59,016 nt of DNA. It comes from Myxococcota bacterium. GTDB taxonomy: Bacteria; Myxococcota_A; Bradymonadia; UBA7976; UBA1532. The notes below the pieces were generated by a model. The model did not search any database. It was not told the DNA's origin and was given only the letters and a program-made list of their open reading frames with translations. The stretch is from assembly GCA_036337435.1 (NCBI GenBank), contig JAYZEG010000088.1, positions 1 through 59,016 on the forward strand, written 5' to 3'. A program made the position numbers and the translations under genes. The first letter of the stretch is position 1. Each line of letters begins with the position of its first letter. Shown here one piece after another: positions 37,401 to 49,200 of this stretch.

Positions 37401-39717
37401 CCATGGAGCCGCTCAACGTGTTTTTCGCTTGCAGATCAAAACTGAGACAGGCCAGGTGTTCTTCGATGTTCACCAGGATGGACAGGGCCCTCGCGCGGTG
37501 ATCCAACCGAATGAATGGACTCATGTTGCCGGCGTCAACAACGGGCAAACACTCACGCTTTACGTGAACGGTGTCCCAGTCGATACGAAGGCAGGGGGCG
37601 GACTCGGACATGCATTCGCCGTCCGTAATTTTGGCCTGGGTGCTGTGCCTGGTTCGACTGATACGACCGCTTTTTCCGGGGACTTGAGGCACGTCCGCAT
37701 TTCCCACAATGTCCAGTATAATGACCCCTTCATACCCCAATGGCGGTTGGATACAAACGCTGACACAATCGGGTTTTGGCCGCTTCGCATTGTCGAAAAT
37801 GGGCTTGCACTCAATTCGGTTGATGCACTCCATCATGGGGACGTAATCGGAGCATCTGTCAACGTCATTGACTGTCAAACGGGTCTCTGTGGCAATGGTC
37901 AGGTCGAATTAGCTGAGCAATGTGATGATGGCAACATAGATGGGGCTGATGGCTGTTCTGAACAGTGCCAGACAGTCTGTGCATCTCGCGATTTCAACGG
38001 GTCGGACAGCCTGTGGATCGAGCAGAGTCTGAACTCGGTTTTAGCCCCAGAAAATCGGAGCTTTACCCTCGAAGGGTGGGTCAGGCAGAGGACGGCAAAT
38101 CAAAATGTCGGCCGGACTAGTCTCGGTGTGTCCTGCGGGCCCCGAGTTGACCTGGCTGATGACGATCGAGTTCGATTGCATGTCGGTCAACAAAGTTGCT
38201 CCGGTGAGTCCGTTGTCATGCCTGGTCAATGGCATCACATCGCCATATCGATGACTGCACAAGCTCCTCTCACAGTATCTCTGATGGTTGATGGACGCTC
38301 ACAATGCCGTATTGTCGCGCCAAACCTTGACGCCACAGCGCATCTCGATGGTCAGGTTCTCATCGGCACCGCGGCAGACCAATGTCTCTTGGTTGACGGG
38401 GACCAGCTCGGTGACCAGGGTTGGATCGGCCAAGTCGGCCCAGTGCGTCTGTCTAATGGGCTCATTTACGATGGCGATTTCACCCCTGACGGCTGGCTCG
38501 AGCGCACAGAAACGACGGTTTTCCTGTCCAATCACCTGTATCCAAAGAGTGACGATAGAATACGCGATGAGGGGCCCTTGTCATTGGCGGCGGTGATCAG
38601 TGATCTGACGCGCCAATATGAGGGGCCTGGTTGTGGGCAATGCGGAGATGGCATTCGGCAATTAGACGAGGAGTGCGACGATGGTAATCGAGACCAGAAC
38701 GATGGCTGCACCAATTCGTGCAATGTTGCCGTTTGTGGGGATGGATTGGTGTTCGCGGGTACAGAACAATGTGATGATGGCAATCGAAACGGTGGAGACG
38801 GTTGTGAACCGGGCTGCACGCGGACAGCGAGCTTTTGGGATTTCCCCTTTGTCCATGACGAACCATCGCGGCGCGCCAACCACGCGATGGCCTATGACCC
38901 GGCGACTCGAGACGTCGTCGTTTTCGGCGGCACCACCGGCGCTGATTGTGGGACGAATCCGACCCTGGGAGATCTGTGGCGGTGGAATGGTTTCGACTGG
39001 ATTCGCATACAACTGGCGGACGGCCCGAGTCCGAGGGAAGGGGCACAAATGGCGGCCGATCCCACTCGAGGTGGCCTCTTGTTATACGGAGGCTGGGATC
39101 GATGCGGCAATGGAGGCCTGACTTATTTCACTGATACGTGGCATTGGGATGGCGCGAGCTGGACTCGGATAAATACCCAAGAACATCCCGGTCAACGGAC
39201 TCATTTTGCGATGATCGATGACGTTGAGACTGGCTCGATTTATGTCTATGGCGGTGCTGCCGAAGGCCGGTCTCAAATGTATCGGTGGACAGGGGTTAAT
39301 TGGACTGAAATGGCTGAGTTTCAGCAACCCGGAGATGTACAATCTCCTCAACTTGAACGCCATCCGCTGACAGGCGACATCCTGCTGATGGATGAACTGG
39401 CCCAACTGTGGCAGCTGACCGACGCCCGTTGGGAAATGATCAATAGCCCCGATGGCCCACAAGGTCGTCTAGGCGGGTCACTTGTATCTGATGTTCGACG
39501 TGGGGAACTGATGTTGTTGGGGGGTATCCAAGGTGACGTCTATGTTGACGACTCATGGTACTGGAATGGTCTGCAATGGGCGCGAGACAATATCCAAGCG
39601 GGCGTTGGCCAACGGCACTTACATCGAATGGCATACGACGTCAGTCAGGGGCATATTATTGTGTTTGGTGGCTATACCGATCAGGGGGTTGCCGCAGGCA
39701 CTATGCTGAGGCGCTAG
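34435..39717 (+). CDS. Giant lipoprotein with Myxococcus cysteine-rich (DUF4215-type) repeats, two LamG-like domains and a C-terminal Kelch-like propeller
   Basis: Lipobox-like CCGC; 30 CG(D/N)G...E.CDD.N...D.C...C repeats (27 in tandem); LamG motifs [17 protein letters not shown]; Kelch-like HAMAYD...VFGG, DTWHWDG. Confidence 0.85.
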   Translation: MIRFSFHAGQSEQFCAYLSLFLIAICCGCGSETASTSEPDAMTPDVAISAECGNGQVEGDEECDDGNSVETDACLNNCLRARCGDGIVHADNELCDDGNQNDGDECRNNCSPASCGDGVVQVGVEECDDGNQSDTDSCLPTCVAARCGDGIVHIGTEDCDDANDVNEDECKNDCRAARCGDGVVQDGVEACDDGNNLMTDGCLNNCVLAQCGDGIVHVGVEDCDDGNTDETDGCLTGCQAARCGDGIVHEGTEECDDGNNENADDCLNNCRFAQCGDGVIQIGIEDCDDGNDDDSDACPSTCTQAYCGDGFVREGREECDDGNGIETDDCPSTCQVARCGDGLLWAGVEDCDDANDIDTDACRSNCQAARCGDGIIHAGFEVCDDANDFNGDACTNECESATCGDGYVFVDVEECDDGNAVETDLCRTDCSLGVCGDGVVIQGVEECDDGNVDDSDDCLNSCEAARCGDGIIRVGVEECDDQNRRDDDGCRNTCERARCGDGIIRVDVAPDDPRFEECDDGNGVDTDACLNTCRSAACGDGVIRAGREECDDGNLSNTDSCSNRCRSAYCGDGILRTDLEPTDELYEACDDGNLENDDACLVNCQVSRCGDGFVNLETEECDDENLDDNDPCLSTCVVNVCGDGFVRPDQESCDDGNDIETDACLSTCVVASCGDGFIQDGVEACDDNNRNDDDGCLNTCTLARCGDGVRRTDVDSDNPDFEACDDGNDIEQDGCKTDCQVATCGDGVVRADLPFESPDFEECDDGNDNDNDGCKRDCSSNVCGDGFVYLGIEDCDDGNEIDTDSCLTGCINAQCGDNIVQFGAEDCDDGNLDDGDDCLSGCRFPHCGDGYLRRGVEDCDDGDVDNTDECVEGCRTAACGDGFVYDGVEECDDGNNINTDSCLSDCTNAVCGDGIIHAGVEDCDDGNLTDGDGCESNCTTCAAMGFDGTGQHVSIRRPDNIFYFESVTVEAWIRWDGRALPHPWSVVAGHGAAQRVFRLQIKTETGQVFFDVHQDGQGPRAVIQPNEWTHVAGVNNGQTLTLYVNGVPVDTKAGGGLGHAFAVRNFGLGAVPGSTDTTAFSGDLRHVRISHNVQYNDPFIPQWRLDTNADTIGFWPLRIVENGLALNSVDALHHGDVIGASVNVIDCQTGLCGNGQVELAEQCDDGNIDGADGCSEQCQTVCASRDFNGSDSLWIEQSLNSVLAPENRSFTLEGWVRQRTANQNVGRTSLGVSCGPRVDLADDDRVRLHVGQQSCSGESVVMPGQWHHIAISMTAQAPLTVSLMVDGRSQCRIVAPNLDATAHLDGQVLIGTAADQCLLVDGDQLGDQGWIGQVGPVRLSNGLIYDGDFTPDGWLERTETTVFLSNHLYPKSDDRIRDEGPLSLAAVISDLTRQYEGPGCGQCGDGIRQLDEECDDGNRDQNDGCTNSCNVAVCGDGLVFAGTEQCDDGNRNGGDGCEPGCTRTASFWDFPFVHDEPSRRANHAMAYDPATRDVVVFGGTTGADCGTNPTLGDLWRWNGFDWIRIQLADGPSPREGAQMAADPTRGGLLLYGGWDRCGNGGLTYFTDTWHWDGASWTRINTQEHPGQRTHFAMIDDVETGSIYVYGGAAEGRSQMYRWTGVNWTEMAEFQQPGDVQSPQLERHPLTGDILLMDELAQLWQLTDARWEMINSPDGPQGRLGGSLVSDVRRGELMLLGGIQGDVYVDDSWYWNGLQWARDNIQAGVGQRHLHRMAYDVSQGHIIVFGGYTDQGVAAGTMLRR

Positions 39718-39746
39718 TGGTCTGGTCGCCTTTTGTTTGAGCGCGC

Positions 39747-40622
39747 TTAGATTGCTGTTCGCAGGCTCCAAAGTTCAGGGAAAAACTTGAGACTGAGTGC
39801 TTTGGACAAGTAGCCAACGCCAGACGTGCCCCCGGTGCCCCGCTTGAAACCAATGACCCGTTTTACAGTGGTCATGTGCCTGAATCGCCACTGTTGGAAA
39901 TTATCTTCAACGTCGACGAGTTTTTCGGCGAGAGCGTAAAGGTCCCAATGCCGATCTGTATCTTGGTAAATGGTCAACCATGCGTCATGAACGGACGCAT
40001 TTTCCTCGTAAGGCAGAGACCAATCGCGTTCCACGTAGTCGCTCTGAATCTCAAAGCCGCGGCGACTTAAAAGTCGAATACATTCGTCATATAAGCTTGG
40101 CTCATTGAGACACGTCCGGACACGGGTATAGATGTCAGGATCGTGTCGATGTACTTCGATCATTGCGGCATTTTTATTTCCAAGAATGAACTCGATCATC
40201 CGGTACTGATAGGACTGAAAACCCGACGAGTGTCCCAGTGCATCACGAAAGGCGACGTAATCCGCCGGTGTCATGGTCGACAAAACATCCCAAGCTTGCT
40301 TGAGCTGATTTTGAACTTTCGATACCCGTGACAGCATTTTGAAGGCGGGTGAAAGGTCGTCTGACTTGACGAGCTCTCTTGCAGCGTGGAGTTCGTGCAG
40401 GACCAGCTTCATCCATAACTCTGAGACTTGGTGAATAATCAGAAAGAGGGCTTCATCATGGTGTCCGGAGAGTTGCCGTTGTGCCGACAAGACTTTTTCG
40501 AGCCCAAGATAATCGGCGTAGCTCATCTCCTGGCGAAAGTCCCATTGAACCTTCTCATCTTTTAAGTCGACCTGATTCTTCGGCGTTGTAGACTTACTTT
40601 TCCCTGTATCTCCCTTGGTCAC
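39747..40622 (-). CDS. kynA: Tryptophan 2,3-dioxygenase
   Basis: [54 protein letters not shown] overlap with the upstream gene; the track start is 40637. Confidence 0.96.
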   Translation of the reverse strand: MTKGDTGKSKSTTPKNQVDLKDEKVQWDFRQEMSYADYLGLEKVLSAQRQLSGHHDEALFLIIHQVSELWMKLVLHELHAARELVKSDDLSPAFKMLSRVSKVQNQLKQAWDVLSTMTPADYVAFRDALGHSSGFQSYQYRMIEFILGNKNAAMIEVHRHDPDIYTRVRTCLNEPSLYDECIRLLSRRGFEIQSDYVERDWSLPYEENASVHDAWLTIYQDTDRHWDLYALAEKLVDVEDNFQQWRFRHMTTVKRVIGFKRGTGGTSGVGYLSKALSLKFFPELWSLRTAI

Positions 40623-41407
40623 GATGGACTCCGCCAATCCGGTTGGGTTTTGGTCATGAAAGCCATGAGGCCTTTCTGAGCATCTTTTGTCCCTAAACAG
40701 GCCATGAGCATGTCATTGAGATAGGGGAGTGCGGCTGCATAGTCCATGTCCGACTGACGATAAAACGCTTCTAAGCCCAACTTCATTACGTCTGGGGGGC
40801 GGTCAACCAATTTTTGAGCGAATGCCCAAACCGATTCATCGAGGGATTCGGCGGGAAAATGATCGTTGATAAGACCCATCTCCTTTGCATCATCGGCGCT
40901 GATACGTTCGCCCATGGTAATGAGCTCTAAACCTTTTCGGCGCGGCACGACACGAAAAATATTCGCCATGATCATCATTGGCCAGAGACCCCGTTGAATC
41001 TCGGGCGTCCCGAAGGTTGCAGTCTCCTCGGCAAAGGCAAATTGGCAGCCACACATCAGTCCGAGCCCGCCTGCCAATGCGTAGCGCCTCACTTTCGCAA
41101 TGATTGGTTTGTGCACCGTCGTGAGTGCAAGATTGAGCTCAACGAATCCACCCCGATGGGGAATCGTCGATTCACCGCCAGACGCTGACCCACTCATTTG
41201 GGATAAGTCCCCACCTGCACAGAACACATCACCCGCACCGGTTAAGATAATCGCTCTCACATGATCATCATCTCGTGCCTGTTCCAACGCGTAGATGAGT
41301 TCATTGACCAGTCGGGCCGACAAGGCGTTCCGTTTTTGCGGCCGATTAAGCGTAATCGTGCATACGAAGTCTTCAATGGAATAGATCAGGTCCTGATAAA
41401 TGGTCAT
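40619..41407 (-). CDS. Enoyl-CoA hydratase/isomerase family (methylglutaconyl-CoA hydratase-like)
   Basis: [25 protein letters not shown] (first catalytic Glu absent), PEIQRG. Confidence 0.88.
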   Translation of the reverse strand: MTIYQDLIYSIEDFVCTITLNRPQKRNALSARLVNELIYALEQARDDDHVRAIILTGAGDVFCAGGDLSQMSGSASGGESTIPHRGGFVELNLALTTVHKPIIAKVRRYALAGGLGLMCGCQFAFAEETATFGTPEIQRGLWPMMIMANIFRVVPRRKGLELITMGERISADDAKEMGLINDHFPAESLDESVWAFAQKLVDRPPDVMKLGLEAFYRQSDMDYAAALPYLNDMLMACLGTKDAQKGLMAFMTKTQPDWRSPS

Positions 41408-42357
41408 TTTATCCGCCTCCGTGGCTTCCCAGCCTCATGGGTCAATTCAAGCACTTGACTCAGCCAACGTTCCATCTCCAGCCACAAAGGGGCAGCGCGC
41501 GGAGATGTGACTAAAGTCATATGGTCGGGATCAAAATCCAAGCCAAATTGACCCGCTTCTGCCAGCCAGAACTCCTTAGTACCAAATCCAACGTCTTTGA
41601 ACCATCTTTCGGCACCAATGGGATGCGCCATAAGTGTATCGCCTGCACCGATAACCGATAAGATCGGAGCGGAAACTCGGCTGGCTGCCTCAGTGTAATT
41701 ATCAACACCGTTTCTTGAACGCCACCGGTCAGTGCTCCAGGACCGTCTCAAATCGGACACATAGTCGAGGGCCTCATTACATGAACCGAATCGAAGCGTT
41801 CGGCTCGGGAAGTAACCAAAAGCACGGGTAATGCCATAGAAAACAGTGAAACTAGCTGACTTTTTTACTCGCCTGATAAAGCTCGGTTCCAAACCCGGTC
41901 GCCAAACATTAGCCGACAAGAGCAAGTAGGCATCGGGTGCTTGGTCAAACAGACCCAAGCCCGCGGTCGCTACGCTTGCATGGCCGCCGAGAGAATGTCC
42001 ACCGAGCACGAGGGGCATCGATCCCACGTGCTGACGGACAGCATGTACAATGGCGGGCAAGTCATATCGGACGATGTCATCGTAGGTCCAGCTGCCGCCC
42101 TGCTCAGGCCTCGTCCCGGATTGACCACGGCCTCTGAAGTTTGGCAGGAAAACGGTCCATCCCAAGCGTGCGAATGTCTCCGCCATTCCCTTGCCACGAC
42201 GGCAAAAGGTTCGGGCGTCCACCATCATTGCGTGGGTCAGAATCAGGCAGGCGACGGGAACGGTTGTTTGCGATGTAATTTGGACGACGTCAAGGGTGCA
42301 ATTATCGGCTGTCGTAATGTGAAATTGAGTCTTTGACAAATGTGCGGACGACGCCAT
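41404..42357 (-). CDS. Alpha/beta fold hydrolase
   Basis: THAMM, NFRGRGQS, YDLPA, GHSLGG nucleophile elbow, GAGD, DH. Confidence 0.82.
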   Translation of the reverse strand: MASSAHLSKTQFHITTADNCTLDVVQITSQTTVPVACLILTHAMMVDARTFCRRGKGMAETFARLGWTVFLPNFRGRGQSGTRPEQGGSWTYDDIVRYDLPAIVHAVRQHVGSMPLVLGGHSLGGHASVATAGLGLFDQAPDAYLLLSANVWRPGLEPSFIRRVKKSASFTVFYGITRAFGYFPSRTLRFGSCNEALDYVSDLRRSWSTDRWRSRNGVDNYTEAASRVSAPILSVIGAGDTLMAHPIGAERWFKDVGFGTKEFWLAEAGQFGLDFDPDHMTLVTSPRAAPLWLEMERWLSQVLELTHEAGKPRRRIK

Positions 42358-42358
42358 C

Positions 42359-43381
42359 TTAAATGATGTTCTCAAAGCCGGGGTTTTCCGGGGTTAGGAA
42401 TTCCAAAGCACCACCGAAATGACTGTAGAATTCGGTTTTTTTTCCATTTTTCGGGGTCAGTTGAAGTCGGGTTTCTGCCAGCTTACTGTTCAGACAATAG
42501 TTCAAAGCTCCATTGGGATTTAAGTATCCTAGGCAGATCATCTCATCGGGGTTGGCAACCATTGTGAGGGTCGCGCTCGCAACTTTACTTTTCATCGAAA
42601 GAGTCCATGTTGGATAGGTGACATCCGTCTCTTGGTTCCATAGGTCAAGAAGCTTATTGAAGCGATATTCTTCGCCCTGATGACGAATGACCAGTGCCGA
42701 AATGGGTGGTGTGAGTTTGCCGCCGACGCGAATCCGCCCCGAGAAGCCCTCGACCATACACGTCGGGCGTTGCCCATCAAAAAAAATGCATTGTCCCCAA
42801 GCATAGCGAGGCGTGTGCTCAACACCCCAATTATGACCTTGCATGCCGGACCATCCATCGATGGAGACAGATCGCCCCGACCATTTCATTTCGCCATTGA
42901 ATTCCAGGACGGGGTGGGGGGTTACGGTCTTTGAGCGAGGAATGCTGGTGTGTAACATCCATCGGAATGGAAAGATGCTCAGTGCTTTGGATATGGATCC
43001 AGCGGTCGGTGCCCAGGTGATGTCCCAGCTGCATGAACCCCTGGAGTTCGTGAGCGAACCTGATGCTCGTCCACTGTCCGGATCCAGGAGTAATCGGTTG
43101 TCTCCGATTTCAATCTCCAGGGGGGCACCTTCGAAACGGGTGTCATCGAAGGCCAATGTCTGGCGGTCTCCCCAGATAATACCGTTGACCCCATCAAATG
43201 TAGAGCACCAGATGTCCGCTGTGGCCGGTTGTCGACCGCGTCTGGCGAGGATGGTGGCCTTGAGCCAGAAGGCCCGACGGCTATTTGGGTCATTTGCACG
43301 CCAGAAGTAGCTTTCAACATGACCCGCGGTCATGCCTCGGTGATAACGAAGCACATTGTCGAGTCTGGCCGATGCTGGCAT
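42359..43381 (-). CDS. Tocopherol-cyclase-like aromatic-rich beta protein
   Basis: ESYFWRANDP, FWLKATI, WDITW, GMQGHNWG, YAWG, L.Y.NP.G...YC.NS, LE. Confidence 0.6.
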   Translation of the reverse strand: MPASARLDNVLRYHRGMTAGHVESYFWRANDPNSRRAFWLKATILARRGRQPATADIWCSTFDGVNGIIWGDRQTLAFDDTRFEGAPLEIEIGDNRLLLDPDSGRASGSLTNSRGSCSWDITWAPTAGSISKALSIFPFRWMLHTSIPRSKTVTPHPVLEFNGEMKWSGRSVSIDGWSGMQGHNWGVEHTPRYAWGQCIFFDGQRPTCMVEGFSGRIRVGGKLTPPISALVIRHQGEEYRFNKLLDLWNQETDVTYPTWTLSMKSKVASATLTMVANPDEMICLGYLNPNGALNYCLNSKLAETRLQLTPKNGKKTEFYSHFGGALEFLTPENPGFENII

Positions 43382-43508
43382 AGGGCTCCTGATTCAGTGG
43401 GACGCTTGAGATCCGGTCAATCCGTCAGCACACTGTAGCTCGAATAGGCGTCGACTGCCACCGTCGATGCGTAGACAAACGGACAATTTGGGCGCATGAT
43501 AAGGGCCC

Positions 43509-44210
43509 ATGGGCATTCTCTCGGCAAATTTTGGACCGTTGGCCTACTTTTGGCCAACCCGCAGGCGGCCAGTGGCAACGAAACCCGATGTTGTGTTTGT
43601 CAACGGTTACTATACGACCCCAAATTGTACCCACAAACTTGTGGAATGGATGGACCAGCAAGGCCTGGCGTGTAGTGTGCCGGAGCTTGGGGGGCTCATG
43701 GGCCAGTGGCAAACAGCTCGAGTCAAGACGAGTGCTGCTCGTTTGGCGGCCCACATCGAAGGACTTCCAAAAGGTCAAAAGCCGTGGCTCATCGGTCATT
43801 CACTGGGCGGTGTAATCTCACGGTTTGCCGTCCACGAATATCAGCTAGGGGATCGGGTTAGTGGTGTCATCACACTCGGTACACCTCACCGAGGCGTTGG
43901 TGCCATTGGACTCGTCTTTTTATGCGGTCTCGGCCTTGTGGGGCCGGCCGCAATCGATATGCTCCCGGGCTCGCGGATCATGAATACCTTCGCTGCCTCA
44001 AAATGGCCTTTTCAAATTCCGTTGATTTCCATCGCAAGCACCGCCGACAGACTGTGTCCTCTAGATGCGAGCCAGCTCGACGAAGACACGAACGGTCGAT
44101 GCATCCAAGTAGACGGTCTCGGACACAACGAGTTGATTCGCCATGAATCAGTCCTCACGCTCGTATTTGATTGTATGACGACTGACGGACGTGCTGAGAT
44201 GGCTAGTTGA
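43509..44210 (+). CDS. Lipase/esterase family alpha/beta hydrolase
   Basis: IGHSLGG, ITLGTPHRG, DMLPGS, D..C, GH. Confidence 0.82.
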   Translation: MGILSANFGPLAYFWPTRRRPVATKPDVVFVNGYYTTPNCTHKLVEWMDQQGLACSVPELGGLMGQWQTARVKTSAARLAAHIEGLPKGQKPWLIGHSLGGVISRFAVHEYQLGDRVSGVITLGTPHRGVGAIGLVFLCGLGLVGPAAIDMLPGSRIMNTFAASKWPFQIPLISIASTADRLCPLDASQLDEDTNGRCIQVDGLGHNELIRHESVLTLVFDCMTTDGRAEMAS

Positions 44211-46188
44211 GCCGATCACTCAACTGTTCGGCGACCATGGTTGCATACGCCATGATCGACACCTGAGGGTTGACGCCCAAAGAAGACGGAAAAATTGACC
44301 CATCCACGACAAATAGGTCATCGAGCTCATGGGTCTCAAGAGTCGGTTTGATCACTCCAGAACGCGAACTGACGCTCATCCTCGCGGTGCCCAGTGGATG
44401 GAATGCGGCGGCCTCGAATCGCCAAGGGCTGATCGGCTTACTCAAGGCCTTCAGGGCCGAGTCTAGGCTCCGCTGGGTTTCGATACCTGCGATGGGCAAG
44501 TAAATTGTTTCTGCACCAGCAGCAAAGAAGACTTGGCTTAGCATTCGTAAGCCTTTGACCATCTTCTGTGCATCTCGACGACTGAGCCAATAACTAATAA
44601 GCGGGTGTCCTCCAGGCCCGCGGCGGACGCGCCCATTGGGCTCATCTGAAACCAGCAAACCGAAAATTGCCAGGTGCTCGTAGCGCGCCATGAGCTCTGT
44701 CAATTTACGCCCCGCAAAAGGGAATGCGATGCTCGCGTATTCTGGCGGGACGAACGCGCCTTCGAACATAATCCCTTCATCGAAGAGTTCATAGATTCCA
44801 TATCCCTGTGGTGTATCTTCCCATCCCCTCACAGGCTCAGGCATGTCGGCTACGATTTTGGTCCCTGGATGAATGCTCAAGTGTCGGCCCAAATGGGGAT
44901 TTTTCAGGCCATTATTGAGTAGAAATGGCACACCCGCGATCGCACCACACGCACTGACGACGATGTCCGCATCGATCTCAAGCGTATGGCCGGTCTCGCG
45001 ATGGCGGCCGATGATGCCGGTCGCTCGCCCCAGAGCGTTCTTAATTCGATGGACTCGAACATCAGAGAAAAGTCGAGCACCCGCGTCCAATGCCCACGGG
45101 ACATAGCTGATGTTGGTCGATTGTTTGGCGTCACTTGGACAGCCAAATGCACAGACAGCTGACCGCTTACACTCTCGGATGTTTCTGTGTAGTGGGCCAT
45201 GTGCCAAGCCTAAGGTCTCGGCCCCCTGCGCGATGATTGAGCTCGAACCACCGAGGAGGTGGGGGGCAACCGGTTGAATCGACAGTCGCTCTTCAACGCG
45301 CGCGAAGGCCGAATCTAGATGAAGTTTGTCTGTCAATAGACCCGCTTTCTGCCACGCGTTTAAAATCCTGTCCGGGGTTCTAAAGCAGGTGCCCGAGTTG
45401 ATGGTCGTGGTGCCACCAACAGTGCGGCCAAGGGGAATTGGTATACCGGGGCGACCGAGGGCTACGGTCGTGCCATTCTGCCAATACAACTCCCGCAAAT
45501 GCCTCGCCGGTAAATCCCCGAACGTCTTTGTGTCATGGGCTTTACCAGCTTCTACGATGATCACATCGATCCCCCGTTCCGCAAGTTCGCAAGCCAAAAC
45601 GCCGCCACCGGCTCCAGACCCGATAATGGCCACTTGACAACGGGTTCGGAGTTCACCTTCCAGATGAGTCAGGTGGCGCTCATGGGTCAACGGGTTTGGT
45701 CCTTTTGGCTGGATTGTCTCCAGCCGATCGGCGGGGTAATTCATTTGGAGCTTTACGGCTCTTCGCTCGATGTGGACAGGCTTGATTAAAGTCAAGAGTG
45801 CTCTGATCGCGAATCGTTTGATGGCAAACTGGCTGTTAATCCAGCCGTCTAAGTGGCTGAGTTGGCCCGCTGGTTTGAGTGCCCAGAAGGGCTTGAGACG
45901 AAACATGATCGAACTCAGTGCAAATAAGCCAGCAAAGAGACGAACACCGAAGCGACTTGTTGCAGGCATCGTGCGCAGCACCAGCCCAATCGATTCACAC
46001 AAATGTACCTCATCTATCGGGATCGTGAGTTTGTCATCGGTGGGAAAAGTCCCATGGGCAAGCGCAACCATTGTCGACCGAAACCAACCCCTCATTGGAA
46101 AGGGGAGGGCATCGATCTTTTGCACGGCATCTTCCCTTGATGAGGACCCTGTGCTTGAACAACTCGAACTTTCAGACGGTGTAGACAT
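44203..46188 (-). CDS. GMC family FAD oxidoreductase with N-terminal helical extension
   Basis: IIGSGAGGG, GRTVGGTTTINSG, C..SAVCAFGC, HPLGTARM, VVDGSIFPSSLGVNPQ. Confidence 0.9.
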   Translation of the reverse strand: MSTPSESSSCSSTGSSSREDAVQKIDALPFPMRGWFRSTMVALAHGTFPTDDKLTIPIDEVHLCESIGLVLRTMPATSRFGVRLFAGLFALSSIMFRLKPFWALKPAGQLSHLDGWINSQFAIKRFAIRALLTLIKPVHIERRAVKLQMNYPADRLETIQPKGPNPLTHERHLTHLEGELRTRCQVAIIGSGAGGGVLACELAERGIDVIIVEAGKAHDTKTFGDLPARHLRELYWQNGTTVALGRPGIPIPLGRTVGGTTTINSGTCFRTPDRILNAWQKAGLLTDKLHLDSAFARVEERLSIQPVAPHLLGGSSSIIAQGAETLGLAHGPLHRNIRECKRSAVCAFGCPSDAKQSTNISYVPWALDAGARLFSDVRVHRIKNALGRATGIIGRHRETGHTLEIDADIVVSACGAIAGVPFLLNNGLKNPHLGRHLSIHPGTKIVADMPEPVRGWEDTPQGYGIYELFDEGIMFEGAFVPPEYASIAFPFAGRKLTELMARYEHLAIFGLLVSDEPNGRVRRGPGGHPLISYWLSRRDAQKMVKGLRMLSQVFFAAGAETIYLPIAGIETQRSLDSALKALSKPISPWRFEAAAFHPLGTARMSVSSRSGVIKPTLETHELDDLFVVDGSIFPSSLGVNPQVSIMAYATMVAEQLSDRLN

Positions 46189-46278
46189 GACTGACCGAGT
46201 GTAAGCCGAATTAGCCGGGCGGGTCTATGGATCCGTGCCAGTACCCGAATTTTCTCAGGTTGAGGATGCTCCCTCGAA

Positions 46279-49200
46279 CTATAGGTGTCGTCGTTTAAGT
46301 CGAATGAAACCCATGATGATCAGCAATGCAAAGATGCTGAGCGGCGCGTTATCGCCTTGGCCGGAGATACACCCCAACTTGTCGCCCTGGATCTCTCGAA
46401 AAGAAGGAATGTAGGCATCGGGCTCTGGTGGTGCTGCATCTGGAATGATCATCGGGGCAATCGACAGCCGATAGCGTTGCACTGTGACACCCCCGTCGGG
46501 TCGCCAAACACCGTCAACGGTCCGACCATCACTGGCTGTCAGTTCCACTTCGACCGACCCATCCATTAGGCGTGGTACGTCCCAGCTCAGCTGCCATTTC
46601 CGTCCACCAAGCGGGACTAGATCCATCTCTTCCGGACCACCTGTTAACTCAAGTTGGACCTCATCCTGTGGACCTTGGTCGCTGATCTCAACGGTATAGA
46701 AGTAGGTCTCTCCGCCCGCAGCATCTTCTGGTGGTTCAGTAACGAATGAGGGGGCGACATTGACGATGAGCACCTCAATGACCGACTCGATGGGTTGACT
46801 GGGCGTACCACCCGTCACGGCCACCGAATAAATCCCGTCTCGAGGATAAATGTGACCAACTTCCGAGCCGCGCGCGACGGTGCCGTCGCCAAAATCCCAG
46901 CGCCAGTCATCAGGATTGGGGTTCTGGTCACGCTCGCATGCGGCCGGACCCGTCTCAGATGTGACACGGCCTTGGGCAACGCGAAGGACGAGACAGCGAC
47001 CCTCTTCGCCTTCCAAGTGATCGTCTGCAAATGGGGCCGATCGTAGCCACGGCTCAAGGACAAAAACTTGCTCGACTTCTTTGACTGTTCCGGACCAAGG
47101 GTCAGTTACTGCGACCACCACTTCGTATGTTCCACCACCCTCGTATTCATGGACGAACTCCCCGAGATAAAGGCCCGCCGCTTCGAACAAACCATCGCCG
47201 TTCATATCGAATGCATATTCGAGCTGGGCGGTATCAGGATCGCTGGCTGACACGGCAACGAAAACGGTCCCATTCCTGAGGACAGTCAAGGTCACTTGGT
47301 CGACACGAGTTGGTGCATCGATCACATCAACAACGAACTCATGTTCAGCTGTGAGACCGGATGCATCAGTCACGAATAAACGCCCATCATATTGTTGTCC
47401 GTCGACCGGGTATGGATAGACGTGACTCGCTTCGAATCCGACGACTGGGTCCGGTTGCCCGTTCTGACCATCTCCCCAGTCTGCGGTCACCGTGAGCTCG
47501 CCACCTTCGGGATCGAACGCATCAACCCGAAGCTTAGCAACGCCGCCCGGTGCCACATCGATGGCCACAGAGTTGATCTGCGGTGGCAAATTTGGGGTTC
47601 CGACACGGTCGTCACCGACCACGTAAACACCATCAACATGTCGATTTGACCACGGGTCGAGGACTCGAATACCAACGGGTCGGCGGCCAACAGCTCCAAA
47701 TGTGTGTACGATTTGCGGACTCTCGCTATTTTCCAAATCCCACACTCCGTCGGCGTCAAAATCGAAGCTGTATCTGAGACCACCCTCCGAATCGGGGTCG
47801 CTGGCATTCACTCGCATCAGCCATGTGCCTTCCCGAATACGCTCGGACTCAAAAGATCGAATTTCAGTCGGTACATCGATACTCTCCACAGTAAAGTCAC
47901 GATGCGTCTCAGCCCCCCTTGAATCCATGATGATGAGCCGACCAAAATAGGGCACCTGTGGAGAGCGGTAGGCATAACGATGATCAGTGTCCGCATCGAT
48001 AATTCGAGTTCTGGCCCCTGGATCGTCCTCATCGCCCCAGCGCACAAACGAATCTATAGAATCACCATCCGGGTCGCTGACTGCAAATTCAATCTCAACG
48101 TGACCACCTGGGCCCTGAGTCAATTCAAAGCCATCAAATTGCGGCGGTCTGTTTTCTTGAAGCCAAGGGGACACTCTGAGGTTTCGGGTGCCGATGGTCG
48201 ACAGGCCAGACCATGTATCCGTCACCCGTACCCGTAGTCGATAATCACCAGGCTCCGCGTAGGCATGACGAGCGACAGCTGACGGTGAATTGTCAACGTC
48301 CCACACGCCATCACCCTGGAAGTCATACGCATATGTCAAACTCGCCCCATCGGCGTCTGAGGCCACCACGCGCACTTCATATTCATTGTCTTCATTGTGT
48401 ACTGTTGTCAAATCATCGATTCGGGTCGGCAAGTCCTGGATTTGAGCTCGAAAATCAGCCTCTACGAATGCGCCGTGCGTATCGATGACCCTGACACGGC
48501 CTTCGTAGGGGCGCAGGGTAGCTCGGTATGCGTATTGGTGTTCTGCGATTCCATTTACAAAAGCTTCCGACTCGTCGGGTTCATTTTCATCACCCCACTG
48601 GACAAAATATTGCAGGGCATCCCCATCGGGATCGCGGCTCTGCACGGACAGTGACGCGGCGCCATGAGGACCAATTTCAATAGAGAGCTGGTCGATGATA
48701 GGTTCACGGTTGTCTTGTCGCCATTCAGGAATTGTCAATTCACCGACTGTTTCGATCGCTGCGTTAGACCAACTATCTTGCACACGAATACGATAGCGAT
48801 ACTCTCCCGGCTCGGAATATTGGTGATTGGCTTGGGCGTGGACTGAGTTTGAGATTTCGTACTCGCCATCGTTGTCGAAGTCGTAACTGAAGAGTAAGAA
48901 TTCGTTGCCGTCTGGGTCATCCGCAACAACATTGAGGCTCGCGGCACCGTTACCTTGTAGGGACTCTTCAACCCCTCGGATGGTTGTTGGTTGGTCCGCG
49001 ATCACCGTGACAAAGCGTCCGCGCGTTGTGTTACCCGCCGTGTCTGAAACATCGACGAACCCCTGGTACGCGGCCCCGTCCATTGGAAGAGCATAGGCAT
49101 GTATTGCCCGTCCCCCGGGGACAGCTGTTGTGGCATCGTCCTCGGCTTCATCACCCCAATGGACCGCATAGCTTAGCGCATCACCGTCCGGGTCGAACGC

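Noticed and set aside
46235..46240. TGGCAC -24-like box on the minus strand upstream of the GMC gene
   Set aside because: No GC or GA at the -12 position.
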